From Desulfobulbus propionicus DSM 2032 (GTDB lineage Bacteria > Desulfobacterota > Desulfobulbia > Desulfobulbales > Desulfobulbaceae), in NCBI RefSeq assembly GCF_000186885.1, contig NC_014972.1, forward strand, positions 1,740,001-1,772,000: DNA of 32,000 bases, read 5' to 3'. Each line of letters opens with the position of its first letter. The stretch's first letter is position 1. A model generated the notes under the pieces. That model had not been told where the DNA came from and searched no databases. It saw nothing but the letters and a program-made list of their open reading frames with translations. A program made the position numbers and the translations under genes. Shown here piece after piece: positions 8,728 to 17,406 of the stretch.

Positions 8728-10131
8728 TCAGGAATAGCTGCTGCCGTCCCAGCAATGGGTGCACAGTTGCTCCTTGGGCAGGCCGATGGCCGCGACCAGG
8801 TCTTCCAGCCGCTGGTAGCGCAGCGAGGTGAGGCGCAGCTGGCAACGGATAGTCTCGACCATGGCCAGGTGCTGGGCTGAACCGGCCTGGGCGTACAGGG
8901 GCAGATCCTTGTCCTCGGTCCCCTCAAGCGCACGGATGGTCTTGCGGCCAAGCAGGTCCAGGGTCGAGCGCGAGGTGGAGAAATTGAGGAACATGCAGGG
9001 GTAGATCAGGGCCGGGCAGGCGAGGCGCACATGTACCTCCCGCGCGCCGCAATCAAACAGGGCCTGCACATTGTCCTTGAGCTGGGTGCCGCGGACGATC
9101 GAATCGTCGCAGAGCATCAGTCGACGGCCTTCGATCAACCGGCGCACCGGGATCAGCTTCATTTTCGCCACCAGATCGCGCATGGCTTGGTTTTGGGGCA
9201 TGAAGCTGCGCGGCCAGGTAGGCGTGTATTTGACAAAGGGTCGGTTGTACGGGATTTTCTTTTCGTTGGCATAACCCAGTGCATGGCCGATACCCGAATC
9301 GGGAATACCGGCGACGGTGTCCACGGACACGCCGTCATGACGCGCCAAGGCCGCGCCGCAGGCGTAACGGAAATGTTCGACGTTGATGCCTTCGTACTCG
9401 GAGGCCGGGTAGCCGTAGTAGACCCAGAGAAAGGAGCAAACTTGCATGCGCGGCCCCGGAGGCAGCCGCTGTTCCCAGCCGTCGGCGGTGAGAAAGAGCA
9501 CCTCACCCGGGCCAAGAAAATGGGCGGTGTCGAATCCTAGATTGGGAAAGGCGCTGGTTTCCGAGCTGACCGCGGTCGCCCCTTCGCGGCGGCCCACCAC
9601 CAGCGGCGTCCGGCCGAGGCGGTCACGGGCCGCATAGAGCCCTTGTTCGGTCAGGACAAGCATCGAGCAGGAGCCTTGGATCGCTTCCTGGGCACGGCGG
9701 ATACCGGCTTCGAAGCTGTTTTCCTGGCAGATCAGCATTGCCGTCACTTCGGTTTGGTTGGCGATGCCGTCGGCGGTGCCAGAGAAATGACATTTGTCGG
9801 CAAAGGCCTGTTGGACCAGGTCATCGATGTTGTTGATTCGACCGACGGTGACGATGCCGAAGGTACCGAGATGCGATCCGATGATCAGGGGCTGCGGATC
9901 GGTGTCGCTGATCACGCCGATGCCTTGCCGGCCCTGGAACTGAACCAGCTCGGATTCGAATTTGGAGCGAAAATAGCTGTTTTCGATATTGTGGATGGCG
10001 CGATGGAAGCCCTGGGCATTGCGCACCGCCATCCCGCCGCGTTTTGTGCCCAGATGGGAGTGGTAGTCGGTGCCGTAATACAGATCCGCGACGCAATCCT
10101 CCCGCGAGACAATGCCGAAAAGCCCGCCCAT
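8728..10131 (-). CDS. Amidophosphoribosyltransferase (PurF) family protein with Gly in place of the N-terminal catalytic Cys
   Basis: 467 aa. Class II glutaminase-like N-terminus (MGGLFGIVSREDCVADLYYGTDYHSHLGTKRGG). PRPP-binding motif LMLCDDSIVRGTQLKDN is present. Confidence 0.88.
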   Translation of the reverse strand: MGGLFGIVSREDCVADLYYGTDYHSHLGTKRGGMAVRNAQGFHRAIHNIENSYFRSKFESELVQFQGRQGIGVISDTDPQPLIIGSHLGTFGIVTVGRINNIDDLVQQAFADKCHFSGTADGIANQTEVTAMLICQENSFEAGIRRAQEAIQGSCSMLVLTEQGLYAARDRLGRTPLVVGRREGATAVSSETSAFPNLGFDTAHFLGPGEVLFLTADGWEQRLPPGPRMQVCSFLWVYYGYPASEYEGINVEHFRYACGAALARHDGVSVDTVAGIPDSGIGHALGYANEKKIPYNRPFVKYTPTWPRSFMPQNQAMRDLVAKMKLIPVRRLIEGRRLMLCDDSIVRGTQLKDNVQALFDCGAREVHVRLACPALIYPCMFLNFSTSRSTLDLLGRKTIRALEGTEDKDLPLYAQAGSAQHLAMVETIRCQLRLTSLRYQRLEDLVAAIGLPKEQLCTHCWDGSSYS

Positions 10132-10469
10132 GATACCCTCTGTGAATGGTTTGTCCGTGTTGCGCGGTCAGACCCAAGAAAAGAGCCGGCCGCCGCCTTT
10201 CCGGGCCGTACCTTAGAGGCTTTCGGTCCGCCTGTCCATACAATTTTGTTGTGGGGACAGTCACTGCCGGCTGCGGCAACCGCATCACCGCGGCCTTTCT
10301 CCTCTTCTCGATGGAGGCGGGAAGAATGGTCAATGCGGGAGAAAATTCTACCTCGACGGCCGGATTTCCAGTACAAGAGAACGAGATCGATTGAACGACC
10401 TTGCCGTGTTCAAGGGCTGCGCCGCCCCTGGACACGGCTGATTGATTATCCATCACCCGGTTTGCTGTC

Positions 10470-13400
10470 ATGACCACCCATCCCCCTGCCCCCGGCGCGA
10501 AACAGCCACTCCTGGCTTTTTTCGCCACCGCCGAGCCTCGTTGGTTGGCCTGTTTCCTGTTCCTCTGGACGCTGATTGTCCCGGCCGCGCTCTGGGCCGA
10601 AGGCGAGGCCCAATCGGCCGCACCCAGGGAGGCCGCCGGTCAAGCGCGTTCCAACGGGCCGCGCCGGGTTCTCATCCTCAACTCCTATCATCCGGGCATG
10701 CACTTTTCCGACGAGGAGGTTCGCGGCATTCGCTCCGTCCTGCCGCCCGGCACCGAGGTGTTTCTCGAGTACATGGATACCAAGCGCATCCAGGGTGAGG
10801 CGTATCTGACGCAACTGGCGCAATTGTATGCCATGAAGTACGCGCACTCCCGCTTTGACACCATCTTTTCCCTGGACGACGACGCCCTGCGGTTCCTTCT
10901 TGCCCGCGCCGGTCGACTCTTTCCCGAAACGCCGGTGGTCTTTTGCGGCGTGAATGCCCTGCAGTCGGGCATGCTTGACAACCAGCCCTGGTTCACCGGG
11001 GTGCTCGAAACCATCGATATCGAGGCAAGCCTCGATTTTGCCCTGCGGATGCTGCCGCAAACCACCCAGGTACTGGTGATTACCGATCCGACCACCACCG
11101 GGGCCGCCAACCGTCAGACCCTGGAACGCCTGGCCAGATCTGGTGCCTACAAACAACCCTTTGTGTTTCTCGATCCGGATGGTTCCGGACTCGAAATCGA
11201 TACCCTGGTCGACACGCTCCGACGGTCTCCCGCTGGTTCCATTGTCTACTATGCCGATTTTTATAAAGATAGACAGGGGCACACCGTCAATGCCGAAGCC
11301 ATTGTTCCCCTGGTGGCCAGCCATGCCCCCGGGCCGGTGTTTGTTCACAACGCGACCTACCTGGGATATGGCGTTTTGGGTGGCAAATTGAACAGCGGAT
11401 TTGACCAGGGGGTGACCGCCGGTCACCTGGCCCTCCAGATGTGGCAAGGAAAAAAGGCGGCTGAGATTCCGGTGCTCACCGAAAATGCCAATCGGGTGAT
11501 GGTGGATCATCAGTCGCTCGACCGGTGGAACATCCCGCGCTCGGCGGTGCTGACCGCTGCCGGCACGGAAGAAAAAAACATCATTTTCTTGCATAAACCC
11601 GAACCGTTTTGGCGGGGGAGGGGAGGCTATTTTCTCGCGGGGCTGGGATTTATCGTTTTTCAAGCCGTATTGATCGCCTGGTTGTTTCAACTGCTGCAAC
11701 GTCAGCAGCAGCTGCGCCGCGAGGCGCGAAACGCGGCCGAACGGTTCCGGGCCCTGTTTGACCTGGCCCCCTTTGCCTGCGTGGTCAACGATCAGGCAGG
11801 CCGTTACCTGATGGTCAACCGCGCCTTCACCCAGATCACCGGCATCACCGCCGCGGAAGCCCTGGGCCGCACCAGCCAAGAGGCCGGCGTGCTCCTTGAT
11901 CGGAGCGCCGTTCGCGCCATCAAGCGCGAGCTCGACAAGCACGGTGTTGTTGCGGGAATGGAGGTGCCGGTCACCATTCGGCGGCACCGATTTTTGCACA
12001 CCCTCCAGGCCAGCGCGATGATCGACTGGGAGAGCGGGCCGGTCATCCTCTCGGCCACCGCCGACATCACCACCATCCGTCAGGCCGAGGCGGCCCTGCG
12101 GGAGAGCGAGGAGCGGTATCGGGAGCTGGTGGAAAACGCCAGCATCATCATCATCAAATTCGACATCTCCGGGGTGTTGACCTTTGTCAATGCCTATGCC
12201 CTCAAATTCTTCGGCTTCACCGAAGAGGAACTGCTGGGCAGGAACGTGGTGGGCACCATCGTGCCCGAGATCGACTCGAACGGCCAGGATCTGCGAGTGA
12301 TGATGGCCGCGATCTGCCAGGACACCGAGACCTTTCGCGACAATATCAACGAAAACATGACCCGTGACGGCCAGCGGCTGTGGATCCACTGGAACAACCG
12401 GGTGATCCGGGACGAGCACAACCGAATCTGCGAGATCCTCTCGTTTGGCAGCGACATGACCCGGCGCAAGCAGGCGGAAGACGAGCGGGAACGGCTGCGA
12501 GACCAGTTGTTGCAGGCTCAGAAAATGGAATCCGTGGGGCGGTTGGCCGGCGGCGTCGCCCATGATTTCAACAACATGCTGGGGGTGATCATTGGTCACG
12601 CCGAATTGGCCCTGACCGATGCCGGGCTGGGCACGCGGCTGCGTCACGATCTGCAGCAGATTTTGACAGCGGCTGAACGGTCCGCCGAGCTGACCAGACA
12701 GTTGCTGGCCTTTGCCCGCAAACAGCCCATCGCGCCCAAGGTGCTCGATCTGAATCAGAGCATCACCGAAATGCTCAAGATGCTTCGCCGGCTGATCGGC
12801 GAGGATGTTCAGCTCCTCTGGCGTCCAGGCGAGGGGCTGTGGCCGGTGCGCATCGATCCCACCCAGCTGACCCAGATTCTCGCCAACTTGAGCATCAACG
12901 CCAAGGATGCGGTGGTCGACGATGGCCAGATCGTCATTGAAACCGCCAACACGGTCCTCGATGCCGCCTACTGCACCAGCCGCGTCGGCTGTATCCCCGG
13001 CGAATATGTGCAACTCATGGTGTGCGACAACGGCTGCGGCATGGATCAGGCCACCCAGGAGCGGATTTTTGATCCCTTCTTCACCACCAAGGGGCACGGG
13101 CAGGGGACTGGACTGGGGTTGTCCACGGTCAGCGGCATCGTCACCCAGAACCACGGGCTGATCGAATGTGCCAGCGAACCGGGGCAGGGCACGACCTTTC
13201 GTTTGTACCTTCCCCGGTTCGTCGGCGAGGTCGAGGAGGAAACAATCGCTGAGCCGCCCGTTGTCGTCTCCCCCGGCAGCGGCACCATCCTGTTGGTGGA
13301 GGACGAACAGGTGCTGCTCGAGATGAGCGAGGCCATGCTGGAAACCCTGGGATACACGGTTCTGATCGCCAGTACTGCGGAGGAGGCGCTGCGCTGGGCC

Positions 13401-13670
13401 AGGGAGTACACGGGCGTCATTGACCTGCTCATCACCGACGTGATCATGCCCGGCATGAACGGCAAGGAACTGGCTGCACGGTTGACGGCGATTCGGCCAG
13501 CCATGCGCTGCCTGTTCATGTCCGGCTATCCCGCCGATGTCATCGCCCATCAGGGAATGATCGAGCAGGGCGTGCGATTCATTCAGAAACCATTCACCAA
13601 GACGGCCCTGGCGGCCAAGGTGCGGGAAGCGCTACCAGAACGGTCGATGCATGCCCCGGATTCCCGGTGA
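10470..13670 (+). CDS. Hybrid sensor histidine kinase: ABC substrate-binding-like periplasmic sensor, TM, PAS x2, HisKA, HATPase, receiver
   Basis: 1066 aa. RVLILNSYHPGMHFSDEEVRGI...FCGVNAL sensor region; TM at FLAGLGFIVFQAVLIAWLF; two PAS segments; H-box VAHDFNNMLGVIIGHAELAL; N-box NLSINAKDAV; GTGLGLSTVSGIV; receiver ILLVEDEQVLLEMSEAML...DLLITDVIMPGMNG. Confidence 0.93.
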   Translation: MTTHPPAPGAKQPLLAFFATAEPRWLACFLFLWTLIVPAALWAEGEAQSAAPREAAGQARSNGPRRVLILNSYHPGMHFSDEEVRGIRSVLPPGTEVFLEYMDTKRIQGEAYLTQLAQLYAMKYAHSRFDTIFSLDDDALRFLLARAGRLFPETPVVFCGVNALQSGMLDNQPWFTGVLETIDIEASLDFALRMLPQTTQVLVITDPTTTGAANRQTLERLARSGAYKQPFVFLDPDGSGLEIDTLVDTLRRSPAGSIVYYADFYKDRQGHTVNAEAIVPLVASHAPGPVFVHNATYLGYGVLGGKLNSGFDQGVTAGHLALQMWQGKKAAEIPVLTENANRVMVDHQSLDRWNIPRSAVLTAAGTEEKNIIFLHKPEPFWRGRGGYFLAGLGFIVFQAVLIAWLFQLLQRQQQLRREARNAAERFRALFDLAPFACVVNDQAGRYLMVNRAFTQITGITAAEALGRTSQEAGVLLDRSAVRAIKRELDKHGVVAGMEVPVTIRRHRFLHTLQASAMIDWESGPVILSATADITTIRQAEAALRESEERYRELVENASIIIIKFDISGVLTFVNAYALKFFGFTEEELLGRNVVGTIVPEIDSNGQDLRVMMAAICQDTETFRDNINENMTRDGQRLWIHWNNRVIRDEHNRICEILSFGSDMTRRKQAEDERERLRDQLLQAQKMESVGRLAGGVAHDFNNMLGVIIGHAELALTDAGLGTRLRHDLQQILTAAERSAELTRQLLAFARKQPIAPKVLDLNQSITEMLKMLRRLIGEDVQLLWRPGEGLWPVRIDPTQLTQILANLSINAKDAVVDDGQIVIETANTVLDAAYCTSRVGCIPGEYVQLMVCDNGCGMDQATQERIFDPFFTTKGHGQGTGLGLSTVSGIVTQNHGLIECASEPGQGTTFRLYLPRFVGEVEEETIAEPPVVVSPGSGTILLVEDEQVLLEMSEAMLETLGYTVLIASTAEEALRWAREYTGVIDLLITDVIMPGMNGKELAARLTAIRPAMRCLFMSGYPADVIAHQGMIEQGVRFIQKPFTKTALAAKVREALPERSMHAPDSR

Positions 13671-13994
13671 TCGCCGCCCAGTCGGATAGCCGCTGTCCCG
13701 TGTCCGACATGCGGTCGCGGTCGTGTTCGTCTCCAACAGGCGGCAGGCCCCGCTGGTTCATTGTTGGTTTGCGTTGCCCGTTCCTCCGGGCGGGCAAATA
13801 CCGGCAATGAGTGGGTTACTCTTGTCGATTATTCAATTTTTTATTGACAGAGGAGGTGGGGTATATTTCGATCATGGAGCATTATAGAGGGCTTGGCACG
13901 CGAATCCAGGTCGTGGCGAACAGGCGATGTTTGCCGGCCGGATGAACGGTCGATTGGCTCGTCTCCAATGAACCCCCAATTTCAAGGCAGGACT

Positions 13995-14222
13995 ATGGTT
14001 GACAGAGAAAACGATGAGGAAGATGTCCAGATTGAGGAGTGCTCCGTCTGCGGTGGCGATATCATCATCGATAGCTACTGCGAAGAGGATGATATTGTTT
14101 ATTGCAATGATTGCGAGGCCGAGTACCTGATCCGTTCGCTAGACCCCATCCGTTTGAAATTGCTCGACGACGACGCCGATGCCGATGACGCGGACGATTC
14201 CTTTGATGAAGAGTTCGAGTGA
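13995..14222 (+). CDS. Small acidic zinc-ribbon (CPXCG-like) hypothetical protein
   Basis: 75 aa from the ATG at 13995 (MVDRENDEED...). CSVCGG...YCNDC double CxxC and Asp/Glu-rich tail. The listed ORF start at 13893 is likely too early. Confidence 0.7.
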   Translation: MVDRENDEEDVQIEECSVCGGDIIIDSYCEEDDIVYCNDCEAEYLIRSLDPIRLKLLDDDADADDADDSFDEEFE

Positions 14223-14291
14223 TTGACGCTCATTGCAGGACAAGCCGCACGGGTGCCCCGGTTGACAAAACTTTACCCAAGGTGTTGACGC

Positions 14292-15128
14292 ATGAATTTC
14301 TTGAATCTTTCATCGAAAAAGGTTGCCTACAATCAAGCCAAGGCCGTCATCCTACCCATTCCCCACGGTGGTTCGAGCAAGAATATCCCCTTGGATAAAG
14401 GTCCCGAGGCCATTTTGCTTGCCTCGCAGATGCTTTCCGCCTATGACGTCGAAACCAATACCGATCTTGATGAACTGCAGCTGCATACCCTGGAACCGTT
14501 GCTCTGCCCTGACGACCCGCAGGCCGTGGTGGAGGAGGTGGCCAATCAGAGCAACCCGCACTTCAAGAAAAACAAGCTGGTCGCGGCCATCGGCGGCAGC
14601 CACCTGATCAGCGAAGGCCTGGTCAATGCGGCCCTGGGCCAGGACAACAACCTCAGTGTCATTCATCTCGGGGCCCATCCCCACCTGCTCGATTCCGTTG
14701 CCGATGCGCCCGATGTGATGGCACGGATCAAGGAAAAGTGCCCCGTTTCCCATATCGGCATCCGCAGCATGGCCAAGGCCGAGAAGAACAAAGTGCATAT
14801 CGATAACCTGGTGTTTGCCCGGGATATCTACAACAACGGCCTGAACGCCGCGGCGGACGCCATCGATGTCCTTGGTGAAACCGTCTACCTGGCCATCAAC
14901 CTCGACGTCCTCGATCCGGCCTGCATGCCTGCGGTGACCAAACCGGAACCCGGCGGGCTTGACTGGTATAGCCTCAACAACCTGATCCGCATGATTGCCC
15001 GGGAAAAATCGATTATCGGATTCGATGTCACCGGGCTGGTGCCGCAGAAAAACGGCCTCCATGCCCACCTCCTGGCCGCCAAGCTGGTATATAAAACGCT
15101 GATCTGCTGTCTGAAAAACAGCCGCTGA
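14292..15128 (+). CDS. Arginase/agmatinase (ureohydrolase) family protein with non-canonical metal-binding motifs
   Basis: 278 aa. Motifs AIGGSHLI, VIHLGAHPHLLD, AINLDVLDPACMPAVTKPEPGGLDWYSL line up with GGDHS, DAHxD and SxDxDxxDP...PEPGGL. Confidence 0.82.
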   Translation: MNFLNLSSKKVAYNQAKAVILPIPHGGSSKNIPLDKGPEAILLASQMLSAYDVETNTDLDELQLHTLEPLLCPDDPQAVVEEVANQSNPHFKKNKLVAAIGGSHLISEGLVNAALGQDNNLSVIHLGAHPHLLDSVADAPDVMARIKEKCPVSHIGIRSMAKAEKNKVHIDNLVFARDIYNNGLNAAADAIDVLGETVYLAINLDVLDPACMPAVTKPEPGGLDWYSLNNLIRMIAREKSIIGFDVTGLVPQKNGLHAHLLAAKLVYKTLICCLKNSR

Positions 15129-15151
15129 ATTCCCAGGAGCGCGTGAAAGAC

Positions 15152-15177
15152 CGGGATGGCCGACCAAGGCCATCCCG
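15152..15177 (+). terminator. Hairpin downstream of the arginase-family gene (possible weak terminator)
   Basis: CGGGATGGC / GCCATCCCG, 9-bp perfect stem with 8-nt loop, 24 nt after the stop codon. No poly-T tract. Confidence 0.4.
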
Positions 15178-15396
15178 TGTGCGTCTTGGGCTCGACCCGT
15201 CTTGCTGTTCATCCCTCCTCTCCTGAGCTGTTGCCGGATCCGGCGGTCAGGGCCCCCAGCTTCCTGTCCACAGCATTTCTCCCAATGAAAAAGGAGGCGG
15301 GCGTTGTCTTTGCCATTGAAGAGCAGACCCTGTTCGTTGTAGAAAACAGCGCGAAGAACACCGGATCGGTCATTGACCGACGGCCAGGATAACGTC

Positions 15397-15424
15397 AACC
15401 GGCACTCGACGCCGGTTGTTTTTT
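15397..15424 (+). terminator. Rho-independent terminator or attenuator immediately upstream of potA
   Basis: AACCGGC (15397-15403), loop ACTCGAC, GCCGGTT (15411-15417), then GTTTTTTT. Ends about 17 nt before the potA start. Confidence 0.75.
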
Positions 15425-15440
15425 TGAGGAGACGGGCGGG

Positions 15441-16562
15441 TTGAACAAAGCGGTTGTCGAACTGATCGGGGTGGATAAGGACTATGGCGGCCATCGGGCC
15501 CTCGCCAACATATCCCTCACGGTGGCCGATGGGGAGTTTCTTTCCCTACTCGGCCCCTCGGGCTGCGGCAAGACCACCCTGCTCCGGCTGATCGGCGGCT
15601 TTGAAGACTGTACCCGCGGTCAGCTGTTGCTCGATGGTCGGATCATGGACCGGGTGCCGCCGGAAAAACGGGCGGTGAACACCGTGTTTCAGAATTATGC
15701 CCTGTTTCCCCACATGACGGTGTTCGACAACATCGCCTTTGGTCTGCGCATGGCCAAGAAGGGCACGGACGATATCAGGCAGGCCGTGCATCAGGCCCTG
15801 GAATTGGTTGAGCTTGCCGGGATGGCCCACCGCAAACCCGCTGAACTCTCCGGCGGCCAGCAGCAGCGGGTGGCCATTGCCCGGGCCATTGTCAACAAAC
15901 CTCGGGTCCTGCTGCTCGACGAGCCGCTTTCCGCCCTCGACCACCGTCTGCGCAAGCAGATGCAAAAGGAGCTCAAGCAGCTGCAGCGTACCCTGGGCAT
16001 CACCTTTCTCCTCGTGACCCACGACCAGGACGAGGCGTTCGCCATGTCCGACCGGGTGGTGGTCATGCAGCAGGGCCGGATCGAGCAGATCGGCACCCCG
16101 ATGGAGATCTACGAAGAACCGGTCAACCTCTACGTGGCCCGCTTTGTCGGCGATATCAACGTGCTCGACGGTGTCATCCGCGAGCAGACCGGGTCAACCA
16201 CCTTCATCGCCTTGGTGGAGGGGGCGGTCGTCCGTCTCAGGAGCAATCGCGCCCTCAACCTCGGTCAGTCGATCCATGTGCTGCTGCGGCCCGAGGATTT
16301 CCGCCTCGAACTGGAACAGGACATCGCCCAGTCCCGGGATCTCTCCGCCAAATTCCAGCAGGCGCGGCTCAAGGGCACGGTACGGCGCATCTTCTATCAC
16401 GGCGCCACCTATGACGTGGAAGTCAGCCTCGAGAGCGGCACCCGGGTGCAGGTCACCGAATTTTTCGATGACGACAGCGACAACCTCTATTTCAAACCTG
16501 GTGATTCGGTGGCGCTCGGCTGGCATGAGGGGTGGGAGGTGGTGCTGCCGCATGAAGACTGA
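15441..16562 (+). CDS. potA: Spermidine/putrescine ABC transporter ATP-binding protein
   Basis: 373 aa, TTG start with purine-rich RBS region. Walker A GPSGCGKTTLLR, signature LSGGQQQRVAIARAIV, Walker B VLLLDEPLSALD, C-terminal TOBE-like region. Confidence 0.93.
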   Translation: MNKAVVELIGVDKDYGGHRALANISLTVADGEFLSLLGPSGCGKTTLLRLIGGFEDCTRGQLLLDGRIMDRVPPEKRAVNTVFQNYALFPHMTVFDNIAFGLRMAKKGTDDIRQAVHQALELVELAGMAHRKPAELSGGQQQRVAIARAIVNKPRVLLLDEPLSALDHRLRKQMQKELKQLQRTLGITFLLVTHDQDEAFAMSDRVVVMQQGRIEQIGTPMEIYEEPVNLYVARFVGDINVLDGVIREQTGSTTFIALVEGAVVRLRSNRALNLGQSIHVLLRPEDFRLELEQDIAQSRDLSAKFQQARLKGTVRRIFYHGATYDVEVSLESGTRVQVTEFFDDDSDNLYFKPGDSVALGWHEGWEVVLPHED

Positions 16563-17406
16563 ATCCCGCTTCCGTCTGCTGCTGATCGGCTCAACCTACA
16601 CCTGGATGGTGGTGCTGGCCCTGATTCCCTATCTGATCCTGCTGGGCGCCAGTTTTCTCGAACGCGGCGAGGGTACCCTGGTGGTTTCTGGGTGGTCGAC
16701 CGTTAACTATCGGCATTTGCTGTCGCCGGCGGTATTCGGCATGGCGCTTGATTCCCTCGCACTGGCGGCGGTGGCCGCCCTGCTCTGTTTGCTGGCAGGC
16801 TATCCCTTTGCCTACATCCTCGCCCAGGCTCCGACCAGGGCCCAGCCGTTGCTGCTCTTGCTGGTGATGATTCCCTTCTGGACCAACTCCCTGATCCGCA
16901 CCTATGCCCTGGTGATGATGCTCAAGGCCGATGGTTTCGTCAACACCCTGTTGCGGGCCGCAGGCCTGATCGAGGCGCCCCTGCAGCTGATGTATACCCC
17001 TATCGCCGTTTTCATCGGTCTGGTCTACACCCTGTTGCCGTTCATGATTTTGCCGCTCTATGCGGCACTCAAGGCGGTGGACCCGCAGCTGCTGGAGGCG
17101 GGACGCGATTTGGGGGCCGGCCGGGTGCAGAATTTTTTTCGCATCACCATGCCCCTGACCATGCCGGGCATCGTGGCCGGCACCATGCTGGTTTTTCTGC
17201 CGGCCTTGGGGATGTTCTATATCTCCGACATCCTCGGCGGCGCCCGCACCATGCTGCTGGGCAACTACATCCGCGACCAATTCCTGGTTTTCCGCGATAT
17301 CCCCATGGGCTCGGCGGCCAGCGTCACCATGACCGTGGCCATGGGCCTGATGCTGGCGCTTCACTATCTGGCCAACCGTCGTTCCGGCCGGGAGATGATG
17401 CGGTGA
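16552..17406 (+). CDS. potB: Spermidine/putrescine ABC transporter permease
   Basis: Starts at internal ATG 16552 (MKTESRFRLLLIGSTYTWMVVLALIPYLILLGASF), overlapping the potA 3' end. Permease motif EAGRDLGAGRVQNFFRITMPLTMPGI. Confidence 0.92.
   Translation: MKTESRFRLLLIGSTYTWMVVLALIPYLILLGASFLERGEGTLVVSGWSTVNYRHLLSPAVFGMALDSLALAAVAALLCLLAGYPFAYILAQAPTRAQPLLLLLVMIPFWTNSLIRTYALVMMLKADGFVNTLLRAAGLIEAPLQLMYTPIAVFIGLVYTLLPFMILPLYAALKAVDPQLLEAGRDLGAGRVQNFFRITMPLTMPGIVAGTMLVFLPALGMFYISDILGGARTMLLGNYIRDQFLVFRDIPMGSAASVTMTVAMGLMLALHYLANRRSGREMMR

Noticed and set aside
10446-13550. 1034-aa ORF antisense to the hybrid histidine kinase
   Set aside because: The plus-strand protein has clear HisKA/HATPase/receiver motifs. 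The antisense translation is low-complexity and lacks any family motif, as expected for shadow ORFs in GC-rich DNA.
13844-13872. TTGACA followed by TATATT upstream of the zinc-ribbon gene, as a promoter
   Set aside because: The spacer is only 12 nt, too short for a sigma70 promoter. The AT-rich stretch may still carry a promoter, but I cannot define it.
15156-15392. 78-aa ORF between the arginase-family gene and potA
   Set aside because: It starts inside a perfect hairpin and has no recognisable domain. Better treated as leader or intergenic DNA.
14352-15494. 380-aa minus-strand ORF opposite the arginase-family gene
   Set aside because: It would run across the terminator and the potA start. 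No family motif, shadow ORF.
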